From a virus (Duplodnaviria > Caudoviricetes), in IMG/VR virus record IMGVR_UViG_3300046171_000069, positions 1 through 58,218 of that record: a stretch of 58,218 nucleotides of DNA; one strand, written 5' to 3'. Shown here one piece after another: positions 37,040-45,689 of the stretch (positions are counted from its first letter, which is position 1; every line of letters begins with the position of its first letter). Under the pieces are notes generated by a model. The model made no database searches. It had not been told where the DNA came from and was given only the letters and a program-made list of their open reading frames with translations. The position numbers and the translations under genes were made by a program.

Positions 37040-37975
37040 TTAGATGTCGAGTGATGGTAAAGACTTGATGGCATTGTCCACGGCACGTTTGGTCTCGGCA
37101 CGTAGAAACGCGTCATCACGTAGTGCGTCCGGTGTGATACCACGCAAGGCATCCTCTAGCTGTAAGCGCATAGCCGACATCTGAGAGTCACCGGTCACGT
37201 TGCATACGTCGAGCAAGTCCACCATGTCGAGCACGTTGTCCACGAGCGAGTCACGGAATATCTTTTTCTTCTCGCTGTCGCCGTAGTCGAGACGTTCTGA
37301 CATCTTAGTGAGCGCGTCGTATACCCGATGCCACACATCGTCCATCGCACGGTTAATCATCTGAGAGTAAAAACCCTCGTAGTGAGACTTTAGTTGCTCA
37401 GTCGCTTCAGTGCCGATGTCAATACGAAAGTCGCCCGCGTCAGGTAGTGGGATGTAGTTGAGCCGGAACCCGAACTTAGACGCAATGGAATCGACAGAGG
37501 GGTAGTCGTCCGCACGGAACAACGCACCTAAACGTGCTTGTGCTTGACTGATCTCCCACTCGTACGAATCGAGAAACACCTTGGCTAGACGCTCGTACTC
37601 GTTTTGCATGTCGGTCATGGCTTGGTGGTACTTGGCATATTGCGCGGTAGGTAGTAGGCGCAGACCCGTGTCAGACCAAGGCATAGACATAGAGTAGTGC
37701 ATGTTGCGGATGTTACCTGTCAGCTTTTGGATAGCGGTTAGCTCCTCGCTGTTACCTAGTAGCTTCTTATGCACGTTGGCAATACCGGAGTCGGCACCGT
37801 TAGTGCGTGTCACATCAGTTGATGCACGTTTGTCGAGCTTGCGGCCTGTCCATGTGCTGATGGATAGCTCAACCAACATAGCAGAGGACGCGATGGATGG
37901 CGTACTGATAGCTGGTGCTACGTTGTCAGTTGGTAGTCCGTGGACTACCGAAGTGTTGCTATTGTCGTGTTGCAT
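37040..37975 (-). CDS. Conserved early protein (DUF3150-like) of AAA/vWA module
   Basis: SSAMLVELSISTWTGRKLDK...PWSDTGLRLLP...DYP; AAGGAGAACGAC RBS. Confidence 0.7.
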   Translation of the reverse strand: MQHDNSNTSVVHGLPTDNVAPAISTPSIASSAMLVELSISTWTGRKLDKRASTDVTRTNGADSGIANVHKKLLGNSEELTAIQKLTGNIRNMHYSMSMPWSDTGLRLLPTAQYAKYHQAMTDMQNEYERLAKVFLDSYEWEISQAQARLGALFRADDYPSVDSIASKFGFRLNYIPLPDAGDFRIDIGTEATEQLKSHYEGFYSQMINRAMDDVWHRVYDALTKMSERLDYGDSEKKKIFRDSLVDNVLDMVDLLDVCNVTGDSQMSAMRLQLEDALRGITPDALRDDAFLRAETKRAVDNAIKSLPSLDI

Positions 37976-38031
37976 TGTCGTTCTCCTTGAACGTTGTTGT
38001 AGTTGGTAGTCCGTGGACTACCGTGGTTAGG

Positions 38032-38100
38032 ACTGGGGAGCCGTGACACGCCATATGTAAACGTGTACATACGCAGGAATTACGCGCACGACCCCCCAGT
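38032..38100 (-). ncRNA. Structured 5' leader hairpin beginning at predicted transcription start
   Basis: Three stacked helices (14, 5 and 8 bp) with five G-U pairs that form only on the minus strand. Confidence 0.65.
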
Positions 38101-38106
38101 TGTATT

Positions 38107-38135
38107 ATTATCTCACATATAACAAATCATGTCAA
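38107..38135 (-). promoter_or_regulatory. sigma70-like early promoter
   Basis: TTGACA-N17-GATAAT. Confidence 0.8.
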
Positions 38136-38162
38136 GTTTTACGTTATTGTGGGTAGAAGTGT

Positions 38163-38548
38163 AATGTTCTGTTGTATTGTGTATTGTTCTTATAATGTTC
38201 GTTTTTGAAATGGCGTAACTTTTTGATTTACAAGCAATGTTCGAATGTTCGCGTTTTTGAGGAGATAAGAGCTACCCTGAGAGGGGTCTCTCGATTCTCT
38301 CAGAAACGAACAATACAAACGGAAATACTTTTACAGAAGCGTGTAATTTTTTAGAAAACGAACATTATAAAGATTATTAAGATTAGATAAGATAGAACAC
38401 TTTTTGATAGGCAAGAATTGTCAACGCCTTGCATAGGATGGTACCAGATGTCACCAAAATATAATGTACGCACATGCTTTTTAAAAAGCGAACATTAGCC
38501 GAACATTACGAACATTAGCCGAACATTACAAAATCGTTTCCGAACATT
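38163..38548. repeat. Iteron-like CGAACATT/AATGTTCG array with AT-rich segments (candidate origin)
   Basis: About 11 copies in two opposed orientations, plus a 15-bp perfect inverted repeat at 38191-38205 / 38355-38369. Confidence 0.75.
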
Positions 38549-38554
38549 GTGCTG

Positions 38555-38729
38555 AGGCTCGGCGCGACATGATTAACTGGTATCAACTTAGTAGTCCGTG
38601 GACTACCGTAGCCCGGGAGCAGGCCGCATTGCACACACGTGATAACACGTTAGGCTCGGCGCGGCACAAATAACTGGTATCGAAAGGCTCGGCGCGATGA
38701 GGCTCGGCGCGGCATATATAACTGGTCTC
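38555..38729. repeat. Bipartite repeat AGGCTCGGCGCG-N7-TAACTGGT(A/C)TC
   Basis: Full copies at 38555, 38652 and 38700; left half only at 38685. Confidence 0.9.
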
Positions 38730-38742
38730 AAACGGCAGGCAC

Positions 38743-38765
38743 AAAAAAACCCCGCCGAAGCGGGG
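38743..38765 (-). terminator. Intrinsic terminator
   Basis: CCCCGC-TTCG-GCGGGG followed by TTTTTTT. Confidence 0.9.
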
Positions 38766-38772
38766 TGAGTTG

Positions 38773-38940
38773 TTAGCGTACATCTATGTAGCGGGCTAGT
38801 GAATCGACGCCGGTGAGCAGTGCCACACTGAGCACTGCTGATACCAGAGCGGTAACCCACATAAAATTAAGCAGTGCCATCATGGTGGATAGAATGGACA
38901 CTGATGCGAAGATGATAAGAATGCACATCAATATAATCAT
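38773..38940 (-). CDS. Small hydrophobic membrane protein (55 aa), absent from ORF track
   Basis: MIILMCILIIFASVSILSTMMALLNFMWVTALVSAVLSVALLTGVDSLARYIDVR; AAGGT RBS; bounded by terminators. Confidence 0.6.
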   Translation of the reverse strand: MIILMCILIIFASVSILSTMMALLNFMWVTALVSAVLSVALLTGVDSLARYIDVR

Positions 38941-38953
38941 AACGTGTTACCTT

Positions 38954-38978
38954 AAAAAGGAAGGGCCCCGAAGGGCCC
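38954..38978 (-). terminator. Intrinsic terminator
   Basis: GGGCCC-TTCG-GGGCCC followed by TTCCTTTTT. Confidence 0.8.
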
Positions 38979-38984
38979 GATGGG

Positions 38985-39635
38985 TTAGAGTGATTTGATC
39001 ACTGCGTTGATGGCTTTTTTGACTTTGGCCGCGTCGTAGTCGGGTGCCTCGTCTTTTTCGCATTGAGCCACTACTTTTGCGAGCGCTTCCAAGATTTTGG
39101 TCTTAGGTGACTTAGGTGTTTTAGCCTGTCCACCCGTACCGTCAACTACATCTTTAGAGTATGCCCAGCCTTCCTGAAACTCTCCCTCGACCTCTTTCCC
39201 TTCCACATCGTGAACGGGGATTTTCTTAGACCAAATCACTTGATCTAATTGCTTAGAGATTTTACCGAGTCGGGAGGCAGGTTGACGGTTCCAATAATCC
39301 CAGTTGCCAGTAGTGGGTTCGGTTTTTTTCTGGGTAGGTGTTTTAGTCACATACTGCATACCCTCTTTACCGAGCGCTAGAATTTCCTGCGCTCCCGCTG
39401 GTAAGCCTTTCGCAATGTGGTCTATTAACCATTTTCGCTCGGCCGGAGTGCATCCCTCTGGGTTATTTTCCGCGTGAAATGGTGAACAATGTTCAGCCTT
39501 TTCGAACCCAGCCTCCTTAAGTGCGCATAGCACTGAGAAGCGTAGATCCTCGGTGGTTAACTCAGCATTAATAGATGCTGTGATCATTTTTCCTAGGCCC
39601 GAGTCTAGGTTGCGGGTAAATGGTACATTTGTCAT
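38985..39635 (-). CDS. First gene of the early arm, hypothetical
   Basis: 216-aa ORF with AGGA RBS, its own promoter and terminator. Confidence 0.75.
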   Translation of the reverse strand: MTNVPFTRNLDSGLGKMITASINAELTTEDLRFSVLCALKEAGFEKAEHCSPFHAENNPEGCTPAERKWLIDHIAKGLPAGAQEILALGKEGMQYVTKTPTQKKTEPTTGNWDYWNRQPASRLGKISKQLDQVIWSKKIPVHDVEGKEVEGEFQEGWAYSKDVVDGTGGQAKTPKSPKTKILEALAKVVAQCEKDEAPDYDAAKVKKAINAVIKSL

Positions 39636-39721
39636 ATCACTAATTCCTGTAAGTGATTTAAAAGATGGTAGTCCGTGGACTACCGTTAGTGCCTAGTGGG
39701 TTGTTCCCCGAAGGCAGGGCC

Positions 39722-39750
39722 AGTATCGCTATTATGTGATAGCAAATCAA
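39722..39750 (-). promoter_or_regulatory. sigma70-like early promoter
   Basis: TTGATT-N17-GATACT, with the same GATAnT -10 as the 38107 promoter. Confidence 0.55.
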
Positions 39751-40061
39751 GGGATAACCTGACAGATGATGAAATAAAATGAGCATACGTGGCAAATCGT
39801 GATATCCGATAGGGTACCCCACCCCCATCACCCCGCTGTCAGTTTAGGATTCCGTATCATCTATATATTACTAATTTCCACAAATTTAGAGTTACTTTTT
39901 GAGTTCAGCCCTTCCCCAAAGCCGCTCACAGGGAACACCCCCCTTACTCTTTGAAATCGGCTTAGAAAAAATTTTTCGCGTAAATTTTTTGGGTTCTAGG
40001 TAGTAATTAAATAATAACTTGTTACATTGAGTGAAACGGGATAGTAGCTGGGGGGCTACCC

Positions 40062-40409
40062 GTGCCATATAAGAGCCAGAGTAAAAAGAAGGCTCGGCAT
40101 AAGCGATACCACAAAGCATGGTACGAACGTAACAAAGAAAAGCAGAAAGCTAGGAACGCTGAGAACCGCAAGAGGTATCGCGCTGAGTGGAATCAGTTTA
40201 AGAGCGAGCAGGAATGTTCTCGCTGTGGCTTTGCTCATCCTGCGGCAATCGACTTTCACCACAAAGAGCCTGCAACAGACGACCGTAAAATTAGTGTGCT
40301 GACCTCAAACGGACAATACGCGGCGGCTAGGAAAGAGGTGGAAGAGCGTTGCATACCTTTATGTGCCAACTGCCACCGTATTTTGCATTGGGATGAGATG
40401 CACGAGTAA
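40062..40409 (+). CDS. HNH endonuclease
   Basis: CSRCG...IDFHH...CIPLCANCHRILH. Confidence 0.85.
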   Translation: MPYKSQSKKKARHKRYHKAWYERNKEKQKARNAENRKRYRAEWNQFKSEQECSRCGFAHPAAIDFHHKEPATDDRKISVLTSNGQYAAARKEVEERCIPLCANCHRILHWDEMHE

Positions 40410-40419
40410 ATACCACACG

Positions 40420-40448
40420 TTGTACCTAAACATGATCTGATGTATAAA
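40420..40448 (+). promoter_or_regulatory. sigma70-like promoter upstream of packaging genes
   Basis: TTGTAC-N17-TATAAA. Confidence 0.45.
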
Positions 40449-40482
40449 CCGACACTAACGGTGTAAAACCTGCGGAAACAAG

Positions 40483-41077
40483 ATGGCTTTAGAGATCGAA
40501 CCTGAGATTGGTGTGCCGATTCCAGACAAAACGCCTACCTTAGACCTTACAACTCGCGTAGAAGCGGGCTGTAACACAGCCACTATGCTCAAAGAACACG
40601 GGCTAGACGTCGAACCTTCCGCTGAAGATAACGAGATTGCGGCAAAACTGACCTTGGCTTACGCAGACGACCCTGAGAAGACATCAAAGAAGGTGAGTAA
40701 CAAGCGTGCATCCACGCTACCCCCTGCCGCGTTGGTCGCTACACACGGAATATTGACCCAGTTCGGGCATTCCGTCGTCGAAAGTGCCACACAAGTGCGC
40801 CATTTGGTGACTAATAAGCTGATCGAAGAGACCGAGAACCCCGACCCACGCGTGCGGATACGTGCGTTGGAGCTGTTGGGCAAGATTTCGGACGTAGGGG
40901 TTGTTCACTGAGAAGGCCGAGGTCACCATAACGCACAAGACGACGGACGAATTGCGGGAAAGTTTGCGTGCGAAGCTGGCAAAACTCGTAGAACCTACCG
41001 AAGAACCCGAGGATGCGGTGATTATTGACGGTGAAACGGTCGATATTGACGAAGAACTAGGGCTAACGGATGGCTGA
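40483..41077 (+). CDS. Probable terminase small subunit (+1 frameshift in G run near 40898)
   Basis: RIRALELLGKISDVG continues in the other frame as LFTEKAEVTITHKTTDELRESL..., ending over the terL start. Confidence 0.65.
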
Positions 41078-42623
41078 ACCGGCGGTGGACTTCTCAGATG
41101 GGGATATCCAGACGCTTTTGGACAATCTGGACGCGTTTTCGGCGGATGAGATCGCTGAAATCGAGAAAATCACGGGTGAATTGTCTAATCGTAAGCAGAA
41201 TGAGGCCGCATACCTCGATCTGATAGACTTTTGTAAGCTGATGATGCCGGAATTCATTGTGGGTAAGCATCATAGGATACTGGCAGACATGCTGATGGCG
41301 ATTGAGTCGGGTGATAAGGACCGTGTTTGCGTCAATATACCCCCTCGCCACGGCAAATCTCAGCTTGTTTCTATCTTCTATCCAGCGTGGTTTTTAGGTA
41401 GAAACCCAAACAAGAAGGTCATGATGGTGTCGCACACGACGGATCTCGCGGTCGATTTCGGGCGAAAAGTGCGTAACCTAATTGCTACAGACCAGTACAA
41501 ATCAATATTTCCTGCCACAACACTAGCGCAGGATAGCAAGTCAGCAGGTAGATGGAACACAAGCGTAGGAGGCGAATACTATGCGTGTGGTATTGGTAGC
41601 GCTCTTGCTGGTCGTGGTGCCGATTTACTTCTGGTTGATGACCCACACTCTGAGCAAGACGTCATCAATGGCAATTTCGAGGTATTCGACAAAGCCTACG
41701 AGTGGTTTACCTTCGGTGCACGAACCCGTCTGATGCCCGGTGGACGTGTGGCAATTATCCAGACACGGTGGCACATGGATGATTTGACCGGTCGTGTGAC
41801 GGCTGACATGGGGAAGAATGCCCGTGCCGATCAGTACGAGGTGGTTGAGTTCCCCGCGATCCTAGAAGTGCAGAACAAGAAGACAAAGAAGTACGTCGAG
41901 AAACCCCTGTGGCCTGAGTTCTTTGATCTTGAGGCACTCCTGCGTACCAAGGCATCTATGCCGACGTTCCAGTGGAACGCGCAGTATCAGCAACAACCCA
42001 CCGCAGAAGAGGCGTCAATCGTCAAACGTGAGTGGTGGGGGATATGGGATCAGGACAGCCCGCCTCAGTGTGAGTACATCATTATGTCTTTGGACGCGGC
42101 GGCTGAGACCCATAACCGTGCCGATTACACTGCACTGACGACTTGGGGGGTGTTCCTCAACGAGAATACAAACGCCTACAACGTGATACTTCTTAATAGT
42201 ATTAAGAAGCGCATGGAGTTTCCTGAGCTGAAGCAGATGGCGATGGAGGAGTATCAGGAGTGGGATCCCGACTCGTTTATTGTGGAGAAGAAGTCCGCTG
42301 GTACGGCGCTGTACCAAGAGATGAGACGAATGGGCCTGCCTGTGCAAGAATACACGCCACACCGAGGCTCCGGTGATAAGATGGCGCGATTGAACTCTGT
42401 TGCTGATATCGTGGCCTCAGAGCTAGTGTGGGTACCTCCGACGCGGTGGGCTGAAGAGGTTGTGGAAGAAATTGCTGGATTTCCGTTTATGAGCCATGAT
42501 GACCTCGTGGACTCAACGGTAATGGCCCTGATGCGGTTTAGGCAGGGAGGGTTTATCCGCTTGCCCACAGACGAACCAGACGAACCACAATACTTCAAGC
42601 GTCGAAGCGGCGGGTATTACTAA
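41070..42623 (+). CDS. terL: Terminase large subunit
   Basis: NIPPRHGKS, LLVDDPH, IIQTRWH, SLDAA, HDDLVDS. Confidence 0.95.
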   Translation: MAEPAVDFSDGDIQTLLDNLDAFSADEIAEIEKITGELSNRKQNEAAYLDLIDFCKLMMPEFIVGKHHRILADMLMAIESGDKDRVCVNIPPRHGKSQLVSIFYPAWFLGRNPNKKVMMVSHTTDLAVDFGRKVRNLIATDQYKSIFPATTLAQDSKSAGRWNTSVGGEYYACGIGSALAGRGADLLLVDDPHSEQDVINGNFEVFDKAYEWFTFGARTRLMPGGRVAIIQTRWHMDDLTGRVTADMGKNARADQYEVVEFPAILEVQNKKTKKYVEKPLWPEFFDLEALLRTKASMPTFQWNAQYQQQPTAEEASIVKREWWGIWDQDSPPQCEYIIMSLDAAAETHNRADYTALTTWGVFLNENTNAYNVILLNSIKKRMEFPELKQMAMEEYQEWDPDSFIVEKKSAGTALYQEMRRMGLPVQEYTPHRGSGDKMARLNSVADIVASELVWVPPTRWAEEVVEEIAGFPFMSHDDLVDSTVMALMRFRQGGFIRLPTDEPDEPQYFKRRSGGYY

Positions 42624-42634
42624 GAGGCTAGGAC

Positions 42635-45091
42635 ATGGCTATAGAAAAAGGAATGTACTCTGCGCCAGAAGGCATGGATGAGATCGCTGAGGCAGATGGA
42701 CCTTCACTAGAGATTGAGATTATCGAACCTGAAGCGGTCATCCTCGATGACGGGTCTATGGAGATCACACTGATCCCCGATGCTGAGATGACCGACATGA
42801 TGTCGTTCGACATCAACCTTGCGGAAGTATTGGACGAATCACACCTTCAAGAGATATCGAGTGAGCTGACTGGCCTGATTGAGTCTGATATTGATGGTCG
42901 TAAAGAATGGGCAGATACCTTTGTTAAAGGGCTAGATGTTCTAGGGTTCAAGTACGAAGAGCGTACTGACCCGTGGGAAGGCGCGTGCGGCGTGTACTCA
43001 ACCGTGTTGGCAGAAGCGGCTATTCGGTTCCAAGCCGAAACCATGTCGGAAACATTCCCTGCCGCCGGTCCTGTCAAGGTTAAAATTCTGGGGGAAGAGA
43101 CCAAGGACAAGGAGGAGGCCGCGCAACGCGTCAAGGCGGATATGAACTACGAGTTGACGGAGCGGATGGTCGAGTACAGACCAGAGCACGAGCGACTCTT
43201 ATATAGCCTAGGACTCGCTGGTTCGGCGTTTAAGAAGGTTTACTACGACCCCAATATGGGACGTCAGGCGGCTATCTACATCCCCGCAGAGGACGTTATC
43301 GTGCCTTACGGCGCAAGTCACATCGAGACCGCAGAGCGTGTTACTCACGTTATGCGAAAGACAAAGAACGAGCTACGCAAGCTACAGGCGGCTGGGTTCT
43401 ACCGTGACATCGAGCTAGGCGAGCCTCAACCCTACCACTCCGATATTGAAGAGCGTAAGGCTGAAGAAGGCGGATTCTCTCTAACAGACGACAATCGATA
43501 TGCGCTGTACGAAGTACACGTGGATATGATTATTGATGGCGTGGATGATTCTGAAGAAGACATTGCCAAGCCTTATATTGTAACTATCGAGCGTGGTAGC
43601 GGTGAGATTCTGTCGATTCGCCGCAACTGGAATGAGATGGACTCACTCCAACTCAAACGTCAGCACTTCGTACATTACGTTTACGTCCCCGGATTTGGCT
43701 TCTACGGCCTTGGTTTGATCCACATCATCGGGGGGTACGCCAAGGCGGGAACGTCGCTCATACGGCAATTGGTGGACGCTGGTACGCTGTCTAACCTGCC
43801 GGGTGGACTTAAGTCTCGCGGACTACGAATCAAAGGCGACGATACGCCAATAGAACCCGGTGAGTTTAAGGACGTTGATGTACCTAGTGGATCTATCCGC
43901 GACAACATCATGCCGCTTCCCTATAAAGAGCCAAGCCAGACTCTACTTGCGCTTTTGAACCAGATTACAAACGAAGGGCGTCGTCTGGGTGCTATCTCTG
44001 ACATGAACATCTCGGACATGTCGGCTAACGCGCCTGTAGGCACAACGCTCGCGCTCCTAGAGCGGACTCTCAAACCAATGGCGGCAGTACAGGCACGTGT
44101 CCACTACGCCATGAAACAAGAGTTCAAGATGCTCAAGGAGATCATGGCTGAGTACGCGCCAGAGGAGTACGACTACGAGCCGATTCGTGGTGAGATTAGC
44201 GCACGTCAGATGGATTACGCGATGGTGGATGTTATCCCCGTCAGCGACCCGAACTCATCCACTATGGCGCAACGCGTCGTACAGTACCAAGCTGTGTTGC
44301 AGATGGCACAGTCCGCACCTCAGATTTACGATCTGCCACAGCTTCATCGCCAGATGATTGAAGTATTAGGCGTCAAAAACGCCGACAAGTTAGTCCCCAC
44401 AAAGGACGATGCGAAGCCGACCGATCCAGTCAGCGAAAACATGGACGCACTCGTAGGCAAACCTATGCGTGCGTTTATCTACCAAGACCACAAGGCGCAC
44501 ATCGCTACGCATACAGCGTTTATGCAAGACCCCTCAATGGCGGCTATGATCGGGCAGAACCCGCAAGCCAAGGCTATTATGGCGGCTATGCAGGCGCACA
44601 TTGCGGAGCACCTTGGATTCCAGTATCGCCAAGACATCGAAGAGAAACTTGGTGCGCCACTTCCACCCCCCGGAGAGGAGCTTCCAGAGCAGATCGAAGT
44701 CGATTTGTCACGTCTCGTTGCAGAGGCAGGTGCACAGCTTATGCAAGGCAACAAGCAGAAAGCCGCCGCCCAACAAGCCCAGCAACAGGCAAAAGACCCC
44801 GTACTCCAGCAGAAGCAGGCTGAACTACAGTTGCGAGCGCAGGAAGTACAGCAGAAAGCCGCTAAATCTCAGCAGGATACTCAGTTGAAGCAAGCTGAGA
44901 TCCAACGTAAAGCGAAGAAAGATCAGATTGACGCTTTGATGGACGCCCAGAAACTCAAGCTAGACCAGCAAGAGCTACAGCTTGAAGCGCAGAAAGAGGG
45001 CGTTAAAGCGGCATCAGATCGACGTAAAGACAGTACACAGCTCGATTTAGAGTTAGCAAAATTATTAAACCAGAAGGATCGAGGTAACTAA
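42635..45091 (+). CDS. Portal protein
   Basis: Follows terL; GSAFKKVYYD, GFYGLGLIH, Gln-rich coiled-coil (barrel-type) C-terminus. Confidence 0.88.
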   Translation: MAIEKGMYSAPEGMDEIAEADGPSLEIEIIEPEAVILDDGSMEITLIPDAEMTDMMSFDINLAEVLDESHLQEISSELTGLIESDIDGRKEWADTFVKGLDVLGFKYEERTDPWEGACGVYSTVLAEAAIRFQAETMSETFPAAGPVKVKILGEETKDKEEAAQRVKADMNYELTERMVEYRPEHERLLYSLGLAGSAFKKVYYDPNMGRQAAIYIPAEDVIVPYGASHIETAERVTHVMRKTKNELRKLQAAGFYRDIELGEPQPYHSDIEERKAEEGGFSLTDDNRYALYEVHVDMIIDGVDDSEEDIAKPYIVTIERGSGEILSIRRNWNEMDSLQLKRQHFVHYVYVPGFGFYGLGLIHIIGGYAKAGTSLIRQLVDAGTLSNLPGGLKSRGLRIKGDDTPIEPGEFKDVDVPSGSIRDNIMPLPYKEPSQTLLALLNQITNEGRRLGAISDMNISDMSANAPVGTTLALLERTLKPMAAVQARVHYAMKQEFKMLKEIMAEYAPEEYDYEPIRGEISARQMDYAMVDVIPVSDPNSSTMAQRVVQYQAVLQMAQSAPQIYDLPQLHRQMIEVLGVKNADKLVPTKDDAKPTDPVSENMDALVGKPMRAFIYQDHKAHIATHTAFMQDPSMAAMIGQNPQAKAIMAAMQAHIAEHLGFQYRQDIEEKLGAPLPPPGEELPEQIEVDLSRLVAEAGAQLMQGNKQKAAAQQAQQQAKDPVLQQKQAELQLRAQEVQQKAAKSQQDTQLKQAEIQRKAKKDQIDALMDAQKLKLDQQELQLEAQKEGVKAASDRRKDSTQLDLELAKLLNQKDRGN

Positions 45092-45288
45092 TGCCTAAAA
45101 CCGTCTTTGACGTGCTTACAGATAAAATCGACGACCAACTGTCGTCTGCACAGAGCTTTGTAGCTGGAGGTAGTCCTAAAGATTACCCCGCTTACAGAGA
45201 AGTTGTTGGACTTATTCGGGGTCTGGAGTCCGCAAAATTAATCGTAGAAGACCTCTCGCGTAACTTTATGGACAATGACGATGACTAA
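45091..45288 (+). CDS. Small conserved head-region protein
   Basis: DYPAYREVVGLIRGL; TAATG coupling. Confidence 0.7.
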   Translation: MPKTVFDVLTDKIDDQLSSAQSFVAGGSPKDYPAYREVVGLIRGLESAKLIVEDLSRNFMDNDDD

Positions 45289-45679
45289 CACTCAGCCGCT
45301 AAAATTGCCTGATGCTCCAAAGAAAGAAATCTCCGATGCTGAATGGGAACAACAACTCCCAAAACCTGCCGGATACCGCTTACTTATCGCGCTACCTGAA
45401 GTAGAAGAGTTCTACGACGGGGGCCTTCTTAAGACCACCAACTCCAAGCAAAAGGAGTACATCCTGTCGATTATGGGTATTGTCATAGACATGGGTAAAG
45501 GTGCTTATGGGGATAAAGAACGGTTCCCTGAAGGTCCGTGGTGTAAGGAAGGTGACTACGTGATGTTTCGTATGAACACCGGCACACGGTTCACGGTCAA
45601 TGGCAAAGAGTTTCGTTTGATGAACGATGACTCTATCGAAGCTGTAATTCCTGATCCTCGTGGGATCATGGCAGTATAG
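45275..45679 (+). CDS. groES: Co-chaperonin GroES-like
   Basis: PAGYRLLI, GGLL mobile loop, GIVIDMG, KEGDYVMF, GKEFRLMNDDSIEAVI. Confidence 0.85.
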   Translation: MTMTNTQPLKLPDAPKKEISDAEWEQQLPKPAGYRLLIALPEVEEFYDGGLLKTTNSKQKEYILSIMGIVIDMGKGAYGDKERFPEGPWCKEGDYVMFRMNTGTRFTVNGKEFRLMNDDSIEAVIPDPRGIMAV

Positions 45680-45689
45680 GAGATAAGCA

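Larger units (their letters stand above)
33135..39684. repeat. Dispersed 17-18-bp palindrome family GGTAGTCC-nn-GGACTACC / G(G/T)TAGTG...CACTA(C/A)C, 8 copies
   Basis: 33135-33152, 34457-34474, 35881-35897, 37001-37017, 37932-37949, 38005-38022, 38590-38607, 39667-39684. Confidence 0.9.

Noticed and set aside
37932-38729. Palindromic and bipartite repeats as a CRISPR mini-array
   Set aside because: Repeats are short and irregularly spaced without uniform spacers. The Cas4-like nuclease is a standard replication-module gene and there is no cas1/cas2.
38819-38829. AGTGCCACACT as a ninth palindrome copy
   Set aside because: Only 11 nt match the 37001 variant, the outer arms are missing, and it lies inside a coding sequence, so it may be chance.
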